NCBI RefSeq assembly: GCF_018977255.1
Contig: NW_024704742.1
Span: 106,952,001-107,016,000, forward strand
Direction of reading: 5' to 3'
Length of the DNA stretch: 64,000 bases
DNA from: Callorhinchus milii
Taxonomy: Eukaryota
Shown one piece after another: positions 1 through 12,600 of this stretch (positions are counted from its first letter, which is position 1; every line of letters begins with the position of its first letter). The notes beneath the pieces are model-generated. The model ran no database searches, was not told the DNA's origin, and worked only from the letters and a program-made list of their open reading frames with translations. Position numbers and translations under genes: made by a program.

Positions 1-149
1 TTTCTCCCAGTGAAGGAACCAATAACAGTCAACAGATAAAATTGGTCATTCACTTCATCACTGTTGAGCGGGACATTGCTGTGCGCAAATCATCAAAATA
101 TACACACTACACCATAAATCCTGTGAAGCTCTTTGAGATGTCTTGATTA

Positions 150-560
150 CAAAGAGTACAGCACAGAAACAGGCCACGAGACCCAACTAGTCCATGCTTG
201 TGTTTATATTCTACACAAGTTTCCACCCACTCCTTACTCCCTCCCATTATCTTCTATTGCCCTCTCCTTTGTGTGAAGGTCTAGCTTTCTCTTAAATGCA
301 CCTACACTATCTGATTCAACCACTGCATCCGACAATCTCCACAATCCAGTGAGTTCCACAGTCTCCCCCCGCTGTGCAAAGAAGTTCATCCTAACTTCTC
401 ACTTAGATCTTTTAGTCGCTATATTTTATTTGTGTCCCCTGATTATGGACTCCCCAACCAGTGGAAACAGCCTATCGAACCTATCCAATCCTTTTAGAAT
501 TTTAAACACTTCCATTAGATTCTCCCCTAAATGGATCTTCTCTAGCAAAAAAAAGTAATC
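150..560 (-). mobile_element. CR1 LINE 3' fragment, decayed
   Basis: Minus strand gives LRGNLMEVFKILKGLDR-like CR1 ORF2 C-terminus plus 3' UTR. Confidence 0.7.
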
Positions 561-714
561 CAGTCCAACCTGTTTGCAATTACCTGCCAGCCCTGGTAAA
601 CCTTTGCTTGATTTGAATGAGAGCCTTCAGCCACTCTGCCCCCAACCTCTGGAATTCCATCCCCCAATCACTCCGCCTCGCCCCCTCCTTTGCCTCCTTC
701 AAGTCCTGCCAATT

Positions 715-1320
715 TTGGGGCGAGTGAGTTGGGGGACGTGGAGCAGGCCAGAGCCGGCTGAGCGGAGGGAACGGGGGGGTTGGTAGGAGGTTAGGAGGTC
801 GCAGAGGTAGGGTGGAGCAAGGGTTTTGAGGTGAGGATCAGGATCTTGAACTGGATCCTCTGAAGGATAGGGAGCCAATGGAGTCGGGCAAGAATGGGGG
901 AGATGGGGTCATGGAATTTGGTGCGGGAGAGGACACGGGCTGCAGAGTTCTGGATTATCTGCAGCCTGTGGAGGAAGGAGTTGGGAAGGTTGACAAGCAG
1001 GGCATTTGCATAGTTGAGCCTGGAGGTGATGAAGGCATGAACAAGAGTTTCAGTGGCCTGAGGGGTGAGGTAGTGGCGGAGTTGGGCGATGTTACGGAGG
1101 TGAGGGAAGGCAGAGCGGGTCATGGCTTGGATGTGGGGAAGAAAAGACAGTTGAGGGTCAAAGAAGACACCTAGGTTCCTGACTGGCTGGTGAGTTGAAT
1201 TGTGCAACCATGGAGGTTGATGCTGCCAGAGCCTGAGGTGCTGAGGCGCTGGCCCGAGCCAATCAGGAGGGCCTCAGTCTTGTTCACATTCAACTGTAGG
1301 AAATTTGCCTTCATCCAGGA
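715..1320 (-). mobile_element. L2 LINE ORF2 3' fragment
   Basis: [38 protein letters not shown] motifs. Confidence 0.9.
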
Positions 1321-2609
1321 CTATGTAGCTACAAATATTGGGGTAAACCTTGCAGCCTTCCTTATTCAACATCAATGCAAACTAATGCCCACCAGATAGC
1401 AGTAAACCCCTCTCGGTAAGTGGGTACTTTTCAGGTTCAGAGTCCAGTTTGATGGACTAAATAGCTTGAACCAGGATGTAAACCATGCAGTCTGTAATTT
1501 GTAGATTAAATCAAACTAATTTGATTTCAGAATAAATTGATACTTGGCAAGCCTCACTGACAGTTATCTGTTCCGTCACGTTCGGCTGAATCGAGACCTT
1601 GCGTAGGAGCTAAATGTGAAGGCGGAGTCTCACACAACATTGAGGCTAGTGTGCCATGTACAATAGCAATGATTGTTGTGTTGCATTAATGCAGAATGGA
1701 ATGACCCCTTCGCATGAGAAACATCAGTTTACTCCCTGTACAAGTATATATTCCATACACAAACAACACAGTCATTGTTTTAGTGTAGTTCAAGTTCAAA
1801 CACAGTGGAGCAACACACGAAAGAGTCAAGCACCTTATGAATCTCCTCATAATCCTCTACCTTGTACGTCTGCACAACAATTTTTTTTTTTTGGGTGGGG
1901 GGAGTCAGCCGAGTGTCTGACTCTTGGGAAAACGTATCACCATACTTAAGATTATCCAAACCAAACTGAGAAATCATCCCACTTACACATGGAAATTTCA
2001 GAGATAGATGGATAGAATAGAATGTGCACTCTGTCCCTGGAGGGATGCATACCCGGCACAACAATTGATAAAGCAAATAGGAATGCAATGTTTCATCTTT
2101 AAAGCAGTAAATCAGAGGTGTAACACAAAAGGTATTTAATCTTGAGGTGACATTAAAAAAATCCTCACCTGGTACTTATCCAAACTCTGCCTCGCCCTTC
2201 CATCCCCACCTTTACAACCTGCCTTAAAACATTTCTTTTCAACCATGTTTTCAGGCTCGCTCTCTTACTCTATCCCACAAGGCAGGATGTTCCCCGTACT
2301 GGCCACAGATTCAACACAGTTATTGTCGCAAAGGATTTTTTTCTGTGACAAGGTTGCGACATTTACTGCAACATAGTTGTTATGATCCCAAAGCTGGGTC
2401 CCAGTTTCAAACAACTAGATCTTTGTCCTCACATTCAAATCCCTGCATGGCCTCACCCCAGGTGACCTCTGAGACCTCCAGCAGCTCTATCATTGTTCTC
2501 TCCACTCAGCTAATTCTAGCCTCCTTCCTGCCCCTGCCATATCTGCCCTACCATCAGTTGGCAAACTTTCAGGCATTCTTACCCACTCCCTGAAACTACA
2601 TTCTAGAGT

Positions 2610-2989
2610 CCCTACTATCCCCCTACCTACCTGCCCGTACTCTCCGTTCCTCTGGCTCCGGTCTGCTCCACATCCCCCACCCTAACCGCCCTACCCTCGG
2701 TAGTCGGGCCTTCAGCCTCTCAGCCCCGAGGCTCTGGAACTCCATCCCCCAGTGCCTTCGCCGCCTCCTCCCTTTCCTCCTTCAAGGCCAGTCTCAAGAT
2801 CTTTCTCTTCAACCGTGCCTTCAGCTCCCCTCTTGACTCTCTACCCCCTCCTCGCTCCCTCCCTTCCCTCCCCTCACCTGACCATTTCCCCCCTGCTCGG
2901 GTCCCGACCCAACTGTCCAGCGCCTTGGGACAACCTCCCGACGTGAAAGACGCTATATAAATGCAATCTTGTTGTTGTTGTTGTTGTTG
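2610..2989 (+). mobile_element. Young L2 3' end with (TTG)n tail
   Basis: Closely matches the reverse complement of 43274-43640 and 26165-26396; ends CGCTATATAAATGCAATC(TTG)n. Confidence 0.9.
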
Positions 2990-4888
2990 GAGGCTAAACA
3001 CAATCCTAAAATCCTTTTTTCCACAACACACTACCTCCTCCGTGCTCCCCCCCAGGCCTCCTCAAACTTTGTATCAAATGCCAAGTGCGAGGAGGTCATG
3101 GACTTCTTTTCATCTAAAATACTTAACATCCGCCAGGCAGCCTCATCCACCTGCCCCTTGTCACCCACCACCTGTCTCTGTCTCCCTCACCTTCCTTTTC
3201 ATCTGCTCCTACCACCACCTGCATTCTACATTCGTTCCTCCCCATCTCTCCCTCCTCCCTCTTACCCACCATCACCTCCATGAAACCCACCACCTGCTGT
3301 CTCGACCCCCTCCTCACCAACTTACTGGTCACCCAGCTCCCCCTCCTCTGCCCACTACTGGCTGACATCATCAACCAATCCCTCTCCTCCGGATCACTGC
3401 CTCCCTCAAAACTGCTGTCAACACCCCCCTCCTGAAAAAACCCTCCCTAGATCCCTCAAACCCCAGCCACTACCGCCCTATTTCTAACCTGCCCTTCCTC
3501 TCAAAAGTGCTAGAACGCGTTGTTGCCAACCAACACCTCTCCTCCCACTCCCTCTTCGAACCCCTCCAGTCCGGTTTCCGCCCTGCCCACAGTACAGAGA
3601 CTGCGCTTGTGAAAGTCACAAATGACATCCTCTCTATCTGTGACCAGGGCTCCCTCTGCCTCCTTGTCCTCCTGGACCTCTCCGCCGTGTTCAACACAGT
3701 CGATCACGCCATCCTCCTCCACCGCCTTTCCTCCGTCATCCACCGCAGTGGGACCGCACTCACCTGGTTCAAGTCCTGCCTCACAAACCACCAGCAGTAC
3801 ATCTGCACAAACGGCTTCTCCTCCCGCTCCCACCCGGTCACCTGTGAGGTACCCCAAGGATCCATCTTTGGCCCCCTCCTCTTTCTGATCTATATGCTCC
3901 CTCATGGGGATGTCATCCGCAGACATGGGGTACACTTCCACATGTATGCAGATGACACCCAACTCTATTTTTCCACCTCTCTTTGCGACCCCCAGTCCCC
4001 TGATGTTCTGTCAGCCTGCCTGTCAGATCTCAAGAGCTGGATGAGCGCAAATTTCCTTCAGCTGAACGTTGACAAGACAGAAGCCATACTCTTTGGCTCT
4101 CATCAACGTCTAAAATCTCACGGTTCTCACCTCCTCCACCTATCCGATCTCCCCCTAAATCTCTCCAAACCCGTACGCAACCTAGGCATCAGGTTCAACC
4201 CCCAATTATCCTTCCTCCCCCACATCCAGTCCCTCACCAGCACTGCTTTGTTCAATCTCCGACGCATCACCTGTCTCCGCCAATACCTCTCTCCGAAAGC
4301 CGCTGAAACCCTGGTCCATGCCTTTGTCACCTCTCGGCTGGACTACTCTAATGCCTTCCTCACCCGTCTCCCATCCACAACCATCCATAAAATCCAAATC
4401 ATTCAAAACTCTGCCGCCCGCATTCTCACCCGCATGAAACTCCGCTCCCCGATCACCCCAGTCCTTGCCAGACTGCACTGGCTGCCTATCCCAGAGAGGA
4501 TCGATTTCAAGATCCTCACCCTTGTATTCAAGTCCCTGCACTTCTCTGCACCCCCCTACCTCTCTGACCTCTCTCCTCAAAATAGAACCCATTGCCCTCA
4601 TTCCTCTGGCTCTGGCCTCCTCCTCGTCCCCTGAGTCCTCCACTTCACCCTCGGCGGCCGTGCGTTTAGCCACTATGCCCCGAGGCTCTGGAACTCCCTT
4701 CCTCACTCCCTTCGTCTCACTCCCTCCCTTCCCATTTTCAGGTCTCTGCTGAAGACCTTTCTTTTCGACCGCGCCTTTGGTCACCTTCCTCCCCCTCCCC
4801 CTGGCTCGGCCCCGGGATCCGTTACTGTAAGCGCTCTGAGATGCTGTCCGGTGTGGAGGGCGCTATATAAATCCAAGTTGTTGTTGTT
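2990..4888 (+). mobile_element. L2 LINE, 5'-truncated, with largely open reverse transcriptase ORF (3507-4634)
   Basis: [40 protein letters not shown] motifs; (TTG)n tail. Confidence 0.95.
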
Positions 4889-6129
4889 CACCTCAGCTCT
4901 CTCCCCACCTACAAAGCCTGCTTTAAGACTTATCTTTTCAACCATACTTTCTGTACCTTTCCTTTCTTCAACCTCTTGCAGCTCGGCTTCCATTCAGCTG
5001 CGTGGAACACTTTGAGATGTCAATGTGATGCTACTCGAACCGCAATAATACCTTGCCTTGCTGGGCTTGACTTGACACAGGAGCATTGTAATCATGAAAG
5101 CCTTGGTCCCATAAAAGGCATCACTCCCAATTCGCTATCTCACAGAAGGTTTGTAATTATCTTAGTGACAAATTGTCTCGATTATATCTTAATTTGTTGC
5201 TATCTGGTGAAGCCGCTCTGCTCCCAGCATTCTGGCTTAGGAAACAGGAGACTGGATTTCTGCAGCTCACTCCGTATCACATCGCATCAAAACAGGGCTG
5301 TCAAAATACAAACTGCTGATTTTAAAGTTCTGTGCATGTTTGAATTTTTTATGTTAAATATTTGGTTATGTGATTGACTTTTAGGAAGGTTTTTAATGGA
5401 AGGAGATTTTAATGGATCGCTAGAGAGCCCAGAGTGACTTGCACTGCAAAAGTGGCAAATCACACTTAGTCTGAAACCGCTTCCTTCTTATGTGAAGTGC
5501 ATTAGCTCAGCCCTGATTTATACAGTATAACACATTAGTAAGCACATCATCTAAATGTGAGTCACTGCCCAACCTACAGCAATTCTTCACCAAATGTGCA
5601 TTATAAATGCAACATGAGCTACAAGCTTCAAAAGGAGGAGAAAAAGATTTAAAAGTACATTTATGGAACTCCTCATTACTGCTGATATCTCCAATAAAAT
5701 ACTATGTGCCACACCTCTCTTGCTGAAACAAAACCACAGCACAGAAATATTGTTGGAACTTGTTGCGAAGGAAAACAAAATTATTTCACCAAGTTTAATA
5801 TTTTGTGATAAAATCTGGTGTGAACCTTAAAACAATTTGAGTGTCCAATGATTTCCACTGTTCTTTCCTTTGTTCCTTCATCCTGTCTTTCAGGTTAACA
5901 CCGTTCACTCTTGGTATTTCCTCTACCCCTCTTCTTACTACCTACAGCAACAGGAACTGCCTTTTGTAGGTGCTCCACATGTCTATACATTGTATTACCC
6001 ATATAGTTTCTAGTTGCCATGACACAAAGGGCTGCACAGGCTCAAGAGGCTATGCAAAGGAGAGTAATGAGTTTGATCCCAGTGTTAGCAGAATGAGCTG
6101 TGAGCAGCGATTAGAAAGGCTAGGGCTAC

Positions 6130-6490
6130 CTAAAGTTATATAAAGTGATACGACATGGAAATAGACCATTTGGCCATGTCAGTGTTTATACTCCACATGA
6201 ACCTCCAGCCATCGCATTCCCCTCTATTTCCCTCTCCCTCATATGTGTAACAACATTTTTGCTTCAACCAGATTCCGGCAATGAGTTCCAAATTACCACC
6301 AACTTCTGCCTGAACTTCCTCCTAAACTACTTAATACTAGTACTATTAACTACTACTCAATTTACTCGTTTTTCTATATTTATACTCTCTGTTTTGGACT
6401 CACCAACAAGTGGAAACAAACTATCAATGATCACTTTATTGCATTCTTTCATAACCATAAATAGCTCGATCAGGTCCTGTCTGAATCATT
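6130..6490 (-). mobile_element. Old CR1 3' fragment
   Basis: Similar to 150-560 (shared GGACTC.CCAAC.AGTGGAAACA). Confidence 0.55.
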
Positions 6491-6491
6491 T

Positions 6492-6737
6492 GTAGTTCTG
6501 CAGCTTAGTGGTTAGAACACTCGCCTCACAAGTAAAAGGACCTGGGTTTGATTCCTGGGCAGGGCGAAATGTTGGGCATGTTTCCTTGCTCCACACACCT
6601 CTGTTTACCTAGCAGAAAGTAGGAACCCATTATTAGTTGATTGGCGGATTGCTTTTCCGAGGTAATAAACCCTTAAAAAAAATTTGATCACTCAATCTGT
6701 GACTGTTTGTGGGACACTGCTGTGCACAATTGGCTGG
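6492..6737 (+). mobile_element. tRNA-derived SINE, long (Meta-like domain) form, 3'-truncated at the adjacent CR1
   Basis: A/B-box head, CCTCTGTTTACCTAGCAG core, CTGTTTGTGGGACACTGCTGTGCACAATTGGCTG. Confidence 0.8.
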
Positions 6738-6739
6738 TA

Positions 6740-7550
6740 AAATGGGCAGACACATGGCAGATGAAGTTTAATGTGGAGAAATGCAAAGTGATGCATGTTT
6801 GGAGGAAGAATGAGGAGAGGCAATATAAGCTGATGGTACAATCTTAAAGGGGGAGAAAGAACAGAGAGACCTGGGGGTTCAGATAAGTAAATCTGTGAAG
6901 GTGGCAGGACAGGTAGATAAAGCTTTATAAAGAGGGGCATAGAATACAAAAGTCAGGAAGTTATGATAACCCTTTTTAAAACACTGGTTAGGCCTCAGCT
7001 GGAGTACTGTGTTCAGTTCTGGGCACCACACTTTAGGAAGGATATCAAGGCATTGGAGAGGGTCAAAGGAGATTTACCAGGATGGTACCAGGAATGAGGG
7101 ATTTCAGTTATCAGGAGAGGCTAGAGAAACTAGGATTATTCTCCTTGGAGCAGAGAAGGTTAAGAGGAGACTTAAGAGAAATTTTGAAAATTATGAGGGG
7201 ATTCGATAGAGTGAACAAGGAGAAAATATTTCCACTGGCGGGTGGGTCGGTAACCTGAGGACACTGATTTAAAATAGTCGTTAAAAGAAACAGAGAGGAG
7301 GTGAGGAGAAATTTTTTCACGCAGCGAGTTGTTCGGAATTGGAATGCTTTGACTGAGAGGGTGGTGGAAGCCGATTCAATAATAACTTTTAAGATAGAAG
7401 CAGGTAATTATTTGGGGAGGACACGTTTGCAGGGTTATGGGGAGAGAACAGGAGAGTGGGATTGAATTGGATAGCTCTTTTCAAAGAGCCGGCACAGACA
7501 CGATGGGCCGAATGGCCTCCTTCTGTGCTGTACAATTCTATGATTTTATG
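6740..7550 (+). mobile_element. CR1 LINE 3' fragment
   Basis: [11 protein letters not shown] and FFTQRVV.IWN motifs; TTCTATGATTTTATGA tail. Confidence 0.92.
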
Positions 7551-7569
7551 AAACACCTGAGTGGCCAAT

Positions 7570-7730
7570 TTTACCTGGTGGATTGCTGGCCAGGATACCA
7601 GGAGAAACTTCCCTTTCTTTTCGATCAGTGCTATGTGATCTCTAACATCCATTTGGACAGGCAGTCTCATCCAAAAGATGGCACCTCTGACAATGTAGCA
7701 TACCCCCTGCACTGCTTTAAATTGGGGCTT
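7570..7730 (-). mobile_element. Old Deu-domain SINE fragment
   Basis: Reverse complement GGTGCCATCTTTTGGATGAGAC...GTGTCCTGGCCA-like, matching the Deu domain from memory. Confidence 0.65.
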
Positions 7731-8189
7731 GATGCACACAATGGCAATATTGCACAATGGATATCACCGTCCATAGGCAGGGACACTCAGTAATCCTACT
7801 TGGACTTATCAGACACGTTAAGCACTCTGAGACGCAGTCCGGCATGGAGGGCGCTATATAAATCCAAGTTGTTGTTCTTATATATTTTTAATTTCATTAT
7901 TTCATGTTCCTTTTTGTTGTTGACTTCATGTTGTGCTTTTTTCCTTAGGTCTCTTTCTCTCCTGTGTTCTATTGTTAGTAAGTAAAGCGGATATGTTTCA
8001 TTAATGGAGGAATGTTTTTAATTCTTACTTGTTACTTTGTCACTAAGAGTTTCTGATTTCACTTCCTTTTATTTTAAAATGATTGTTCATCCATCAATTA
8101 TTTTCTGCTCCAGTCTCCTTTTTCAACTAATATATTTATGATTTTTCCTTCAGTTCCTTTTCTCATGATTTCACCCCTCCACTTTTATT

Positions 8190-9060
8190 TGTACGTGGTG
8201 GGTTGTAATGGAGGAGTGGGGGGGCGGGAATCGTTTTGGGAGGGAGATTGTGCCGGGTGCATGTGGGGATATTGGGGGTTGTGGTGTCTGTGGGGAGGTT
8301 GTTATGGGTGGTGGTGGATTGTTAATATGTGTTGGGAGGGTGTGTTGGTGAAGGGGTGAAGTTGTGCGAGGTTGTGATGTGTATGGGGGTGAGGTTGATG
8401 GGAAAGTTGTGGTATAGGTAGATGAGGCTGTGTGTGGGGTGTTGGTGTCAGGTCTATATATGTGGGTGTGAGGTTGATGGAGAGTGGTGGTGTGTTGGTG
8501 TGTGTGGGGGATATTGATATATGTATGGGAAGGATGTTGATGTGTGTGTATGGCGGTGTTTATCTGTATGTTGGGGCTGTTGATGTGTGTAAGGTAGGGT
8601 GACCACATTTTGTAAACCAAATCTGGGGACACATATAAAAGAAATTGAACTCACCACAATTCCTGATGCTAGCAGTACTGGAAAGCTGGCAGAACTGGAG
8701 AAGCTTGTAGGTGTGTGTCGTGTGTAGGTTGTGTTGATGTGTGTACGTGGGGGGGACGTTGTGTGTATAGGTGGTATTATGTGTGTAGGTTGTGTTGTGT
8801 GTGTAGGTTGTGTTGTGTGTAGGAGTTGTTGTGTGTAGAAGGTGTTGATGTTAGGTTGCGCTGATGTGTAGGGGTTGTTTGTTGTGCGTAGGGGGTGTCG
8901 ATGCATAGGGGATCTCAGTGGATGGGGGGGTCTTGGGGGGCGGGTCTCGGTGGGTGGGGGGGGTCTCGGTGGGCGGGGAGGTCTTGGTGCGTGGGAATCT
9001 TGTGTGTGTAGAGAGTGTTGTGGGTGTGTAGGTTGTGTCAATGTATAGGGGGGTGTTGAT
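8190..9060. repeat. G/T-rich low-complexity tract (degenerate GT/GGT/GTTGT repeats with G-runs)
   Basis: Strong strand asymmetry, very few C on the + strand; generates spurious H/T/P-rich ORFs on the - strand. Confidence 0.9.
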
Positions 9061-9320
9061 TGCTGAGCCTTTTGGTTATTTGAATGGGCCGCTCCTTGCA
9101 CTGAGCCACCGTCGCTGCTATTGGTTGTGATAACTGCCTCCCCGGGCTCACAGAGCCACGCCTCCGGTTCCAACAAGTGCAACGTTGTCCAGGTTCCTCC
9201 TACAGCAGTGCAGCTTGAGAGGTGGCTCTGTGCAGGCCAACAGCTCCTTTCAGGTGGAAACAGTTGGTTTAACATCAACTTCCCCTAATTGTCGACTGTT
9301 GTCAGTCGATAGACCAGGTA
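9060..9320 (+). promoter_or_regulatory. Probable proximal promoter / 5' UTR of the SLCO gene
   Basis: Locally GC/CpG-richer unique sequence directly upstream of exon 1; inverted CCAAT (ATTGG) at about 9120. Confidence 0.4.
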
Positions 9321-9431
9321 ACTTTCTGTAACAGGAATCAGATCCTTTTAAGTTGAGTCTTGGTTACACGAGAGAGCTTTTCTGTTTACCTGCTGTCTCA
9401 AATTGAACTGATTCCCAGCCAACATTGGTCA

Positions 9432-9675
9432 ATGTTTAAACTTCAACTACGAACGATGGACAAAGGAACGGATAACCCAGTATGCAATGAAGAAATTCCG
9501 AATGTAAGGCAAACCAGCACATCTCCTGTGCAAAGGATTAGCATTAAAGAAGATGAAAGTCAAAACTTGGAGGAAGGATCATGTGGCTGGGGAACTTTCA
9601 CACCAGACTGTCTTAAATACTGCAACACACCAAAGGGATATTTACTTTTTTACAGTTTGTTGGCTATTGTTCAAG
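9432..9675 (+). CDS. SLCO4C1: Coding exon 1 ([16 protein letters not shown]...[31 protein letters not shown])
   Basis: In-frame ATGs at 9432 and 9456; OATP4-like N-terminus and TM1; donor G|GTAATT, phase 1. Confidence 0.88.
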
Positions 9676-12600
9676 GTAATTTGGTTTTATTTTCTTCCCT
9701 ACTTTTTATTGAGGTTTCCTCCTTTTTCTGCTATACGCTCTCCACTGTCACACTCCAATGCCCTATTGGAAGGGAGCCATGCAGGTGGCTATTCTTAGCC
9801 CTCTGTCCCTTGATGCTCCAGAGGTCTTTGAAAATGACACTGTCTGACTCTCAGGCTGGAAAAGGGTGTTACTTCTGTTTGGTGTCTCTCGTAAAATAGA
9901 TGTGTAGGAGTGGAAGCTCATTAAGCATTAAATCATCATGGAAAACAAACCAGTTGTATAAATAATAATCATTGCATTTCAAATTGTGCCTTATCACATC
10001 ATTGAGACGTCTGAAAGCACTTCACAGAATATATTATAAAGGGGAATGATGGTATTCTGTGAAACGCAGCAGCCAATTGTGCACTGCAGTGATTCACAAA
10101 GTATTTTGGGAGGGATTTTTACCACTGGAAAGCAATCCGCTAATCGATTTTAAAAACCCCACCTGAGAATCGAACCTTGGTCCTCTCGTTTGCAAGGCGA
10201 ACGTGCTAACCACTATGCTACAGGATTTATCACTTCTCTGTGTAATAACTACGATGATGGAATGAAAACAACTCCGCCCCACTCCCATCCCCCCAAAAAA
10301 ATTGCCAATGCAATGAAGTGTTATTTAACTCCTTCAAAATATATGAACTGGGTAAGTATCTACTTGAGAACAATTTAATAGAAAGAATTAATTGGAATTT
10401 ATGGAGGAAAGTGAAGGTCTGGGTTGTGTGCTGTGATATTCTGGAGTTCGCCTTCATTAGGCATGGGGGTTCAGGTTTGCTTATTGAGTTTACCTAGCAG
10501 TAAGTAGGAACCTGGTTGTTAGTCGGTTGGCGGATCGCTTTCTGGGGTAATAATCACTCAAAAAAATGATAATAATTTGGTCACTCAATCTGCAACTGTT
10601 TGTAGGGCTGCGACGGCGCTCACCCCTTAATGTATTCATACCCAGGTTATGTAAAGTGCACAGTGTACCAGGTGGCCTCTGTATAGATTCTTCTCTGTGA
10701 CGTGCAAGTTCCCTCTTTCTGAAACTTCACTACATGAGAATTAACACAATGTCAGGTAGTCCCAATGCTTGATATCATAACAAGGGGATGCTTCAATCAG
10801 TGTCCTTTGCACGACCAGACAGCTGACGTCAGCAATAACCTGCTTGTGTATCTCCCTCCCTCCATAACTTAACAGAGACTCAAGATGCACTTTTTAGAAA
10901 ACACAACAGTATTTTATTGGTCCTTAAAACCCTATGCCCTACTTACACTGCCTGACAATACAATAAATGCAACGTTAATAAATTGAAAAACCCTGACACT
11001 ATAACTATGACACTAGCAGCTTTTCCCCAAAGTTAGTAGACAAAGAAAAAACAATCCTGACCTGGAAACAAGGCTCTCGGGTCAGGCACGTACTTCCTGG
11101 ATGACACTAAAAGCAAAGAGCGTCCCCGAGGCTAATTAGCCCCTCCTTTTATACAATTTTAATTCCTCCCCTTTTCAATGTATCTCTCGATACACTTTCC
11201 CTCCAATTTCATTCTCCTCCTCTTCAATGTATCACTCAATACCTTTTCCCGCCTTTTTGTTGCAACCAGGTCATAGACTTTGTCTTCAAGGCAGTAATTC
11301 TTTAAATTGTATTTTTGATCCTTGGAACATAACTTAGTTTAAAGAGAAGTGGCTTATTTTAACTCTGTACACACAAACTATCTACAGCAAATATCATTAG
11401 AATGAGGTAGAGCATTAATAAAATCACAAGGTGTCCGTGACAGAACACTGCAGTCCACAATTGGTTGTCGATTTTTGCCCACAAAATATACAGTCAATTC
11501 ACTGTACAGTATATTCTGAAGTGCTTTGAGACGTCTCAATGACGTAATAAGGTGCTATATTAAATACAAGCATCATTATTATTAGTTTGGCTTGATTCTT
11601 TATGTAGATGCATGTGAGATGAGGAATGTGCAGTACTGCCCAGAAGGCAGTACGTACAGAATCATTTGGGATGATTATAAGGGAGTTGCATAGATCCAGT
11701 ATTTGGTTATGTATTTTATGGCACTATTGAGAAAGGAGTTTCACAATAGTGCCATAAATCCTCCAAATTAATTGGCGATTCAAATCATGGCTGTTTGCGA
11801 GTCTTTTGCGAGACTGCCTTTTTGCCTGCACAGTCGCAACATTTAACAGCAAAGTGTTCTGAAGTGTTCTGAGATGTTCTGAAGTGATGAGATGCTAAAA
11901 AAAACCTGTAAGTTCTTTATTCTACACTGTGTGTGTATATATTATATATATATATATAAAATATTTGGTCACTTAATTCACAACTGTTTCACCTTAAGAA
12001 ATCTACTTTGGTTTCACCTGAAGAAATAATGACATTTTTGGGTTGCAGGTATCATAGTGAATGGGTTGGTGAACATCAACCTTTCAACAATTGAGAAACG
12101 CTACAACTTGGCCAGCTTCTACAGTGGGATTATATCTTCAAGTTATGACATCTCGTTCTGTGCTTTATGCCTCTTTGTCGCTTTCTATGGACAAAAAGGA
12201 CACAAGCCACGGTGGCTGACGTTCTCTGCTTTCATGCTCGGACTGGGATCCATTGTGTTTTGCCTACCTCAATTCATCAATGGCCTATATAAATATGGTG
12301 CTGAATTAAAAGGTTCGTTTTTATTACTTGTTTTTGTTCAACTTGATGATTTAGTGGTTGTGTTAGATCTTTTTCAAAATGAATTCAGCTTTCTAGCTTC
12401 AAAATCTCCCGCCTGAACCAATGGCCAAAACTCCCCACGAGACGTAATTTTCACCCACCACTTCTGAATTACTGGAATTAGGTTTGGTATAGTCTTTACT
12501 ATTATCTCCTTCCTTGCTCTCTCTTCTCACTGTGAAATTCTCTGTTTTATTTTCCAGGTGAGTAACTTGGTAAATAATACAACAAGTGTCCTGCCCTCTC

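Noticed and set aside
3507..4634. 375-aa reverse transcriptase ORF as a host gene or retron/DGR-like system
   Set aside because: It is an ordinary 5'-truncated L2 ORF2 with upstream frameshifts, a premature stop and many sibling copies in the window.
8171..9278. Long His/Thr/Pro-rich ORFs on the minus strand
   Set aside because: Translation artefacts of the G/T-rich low-complexity tract.
9676..9899. ORF-track extensions beyond exon ends (also 12313-12416, 34600-34736, 42826-42942)
   Set aside because: Read-through into introns; OATP similarity stops at canonical donors.
10160..10226. tRNA-Val-like sequences (also at 6495, 27799, 44292, 55570)
   Set aside because: They are SINE heads: no intact acceptor stem, and most run directly into SINE bodies.
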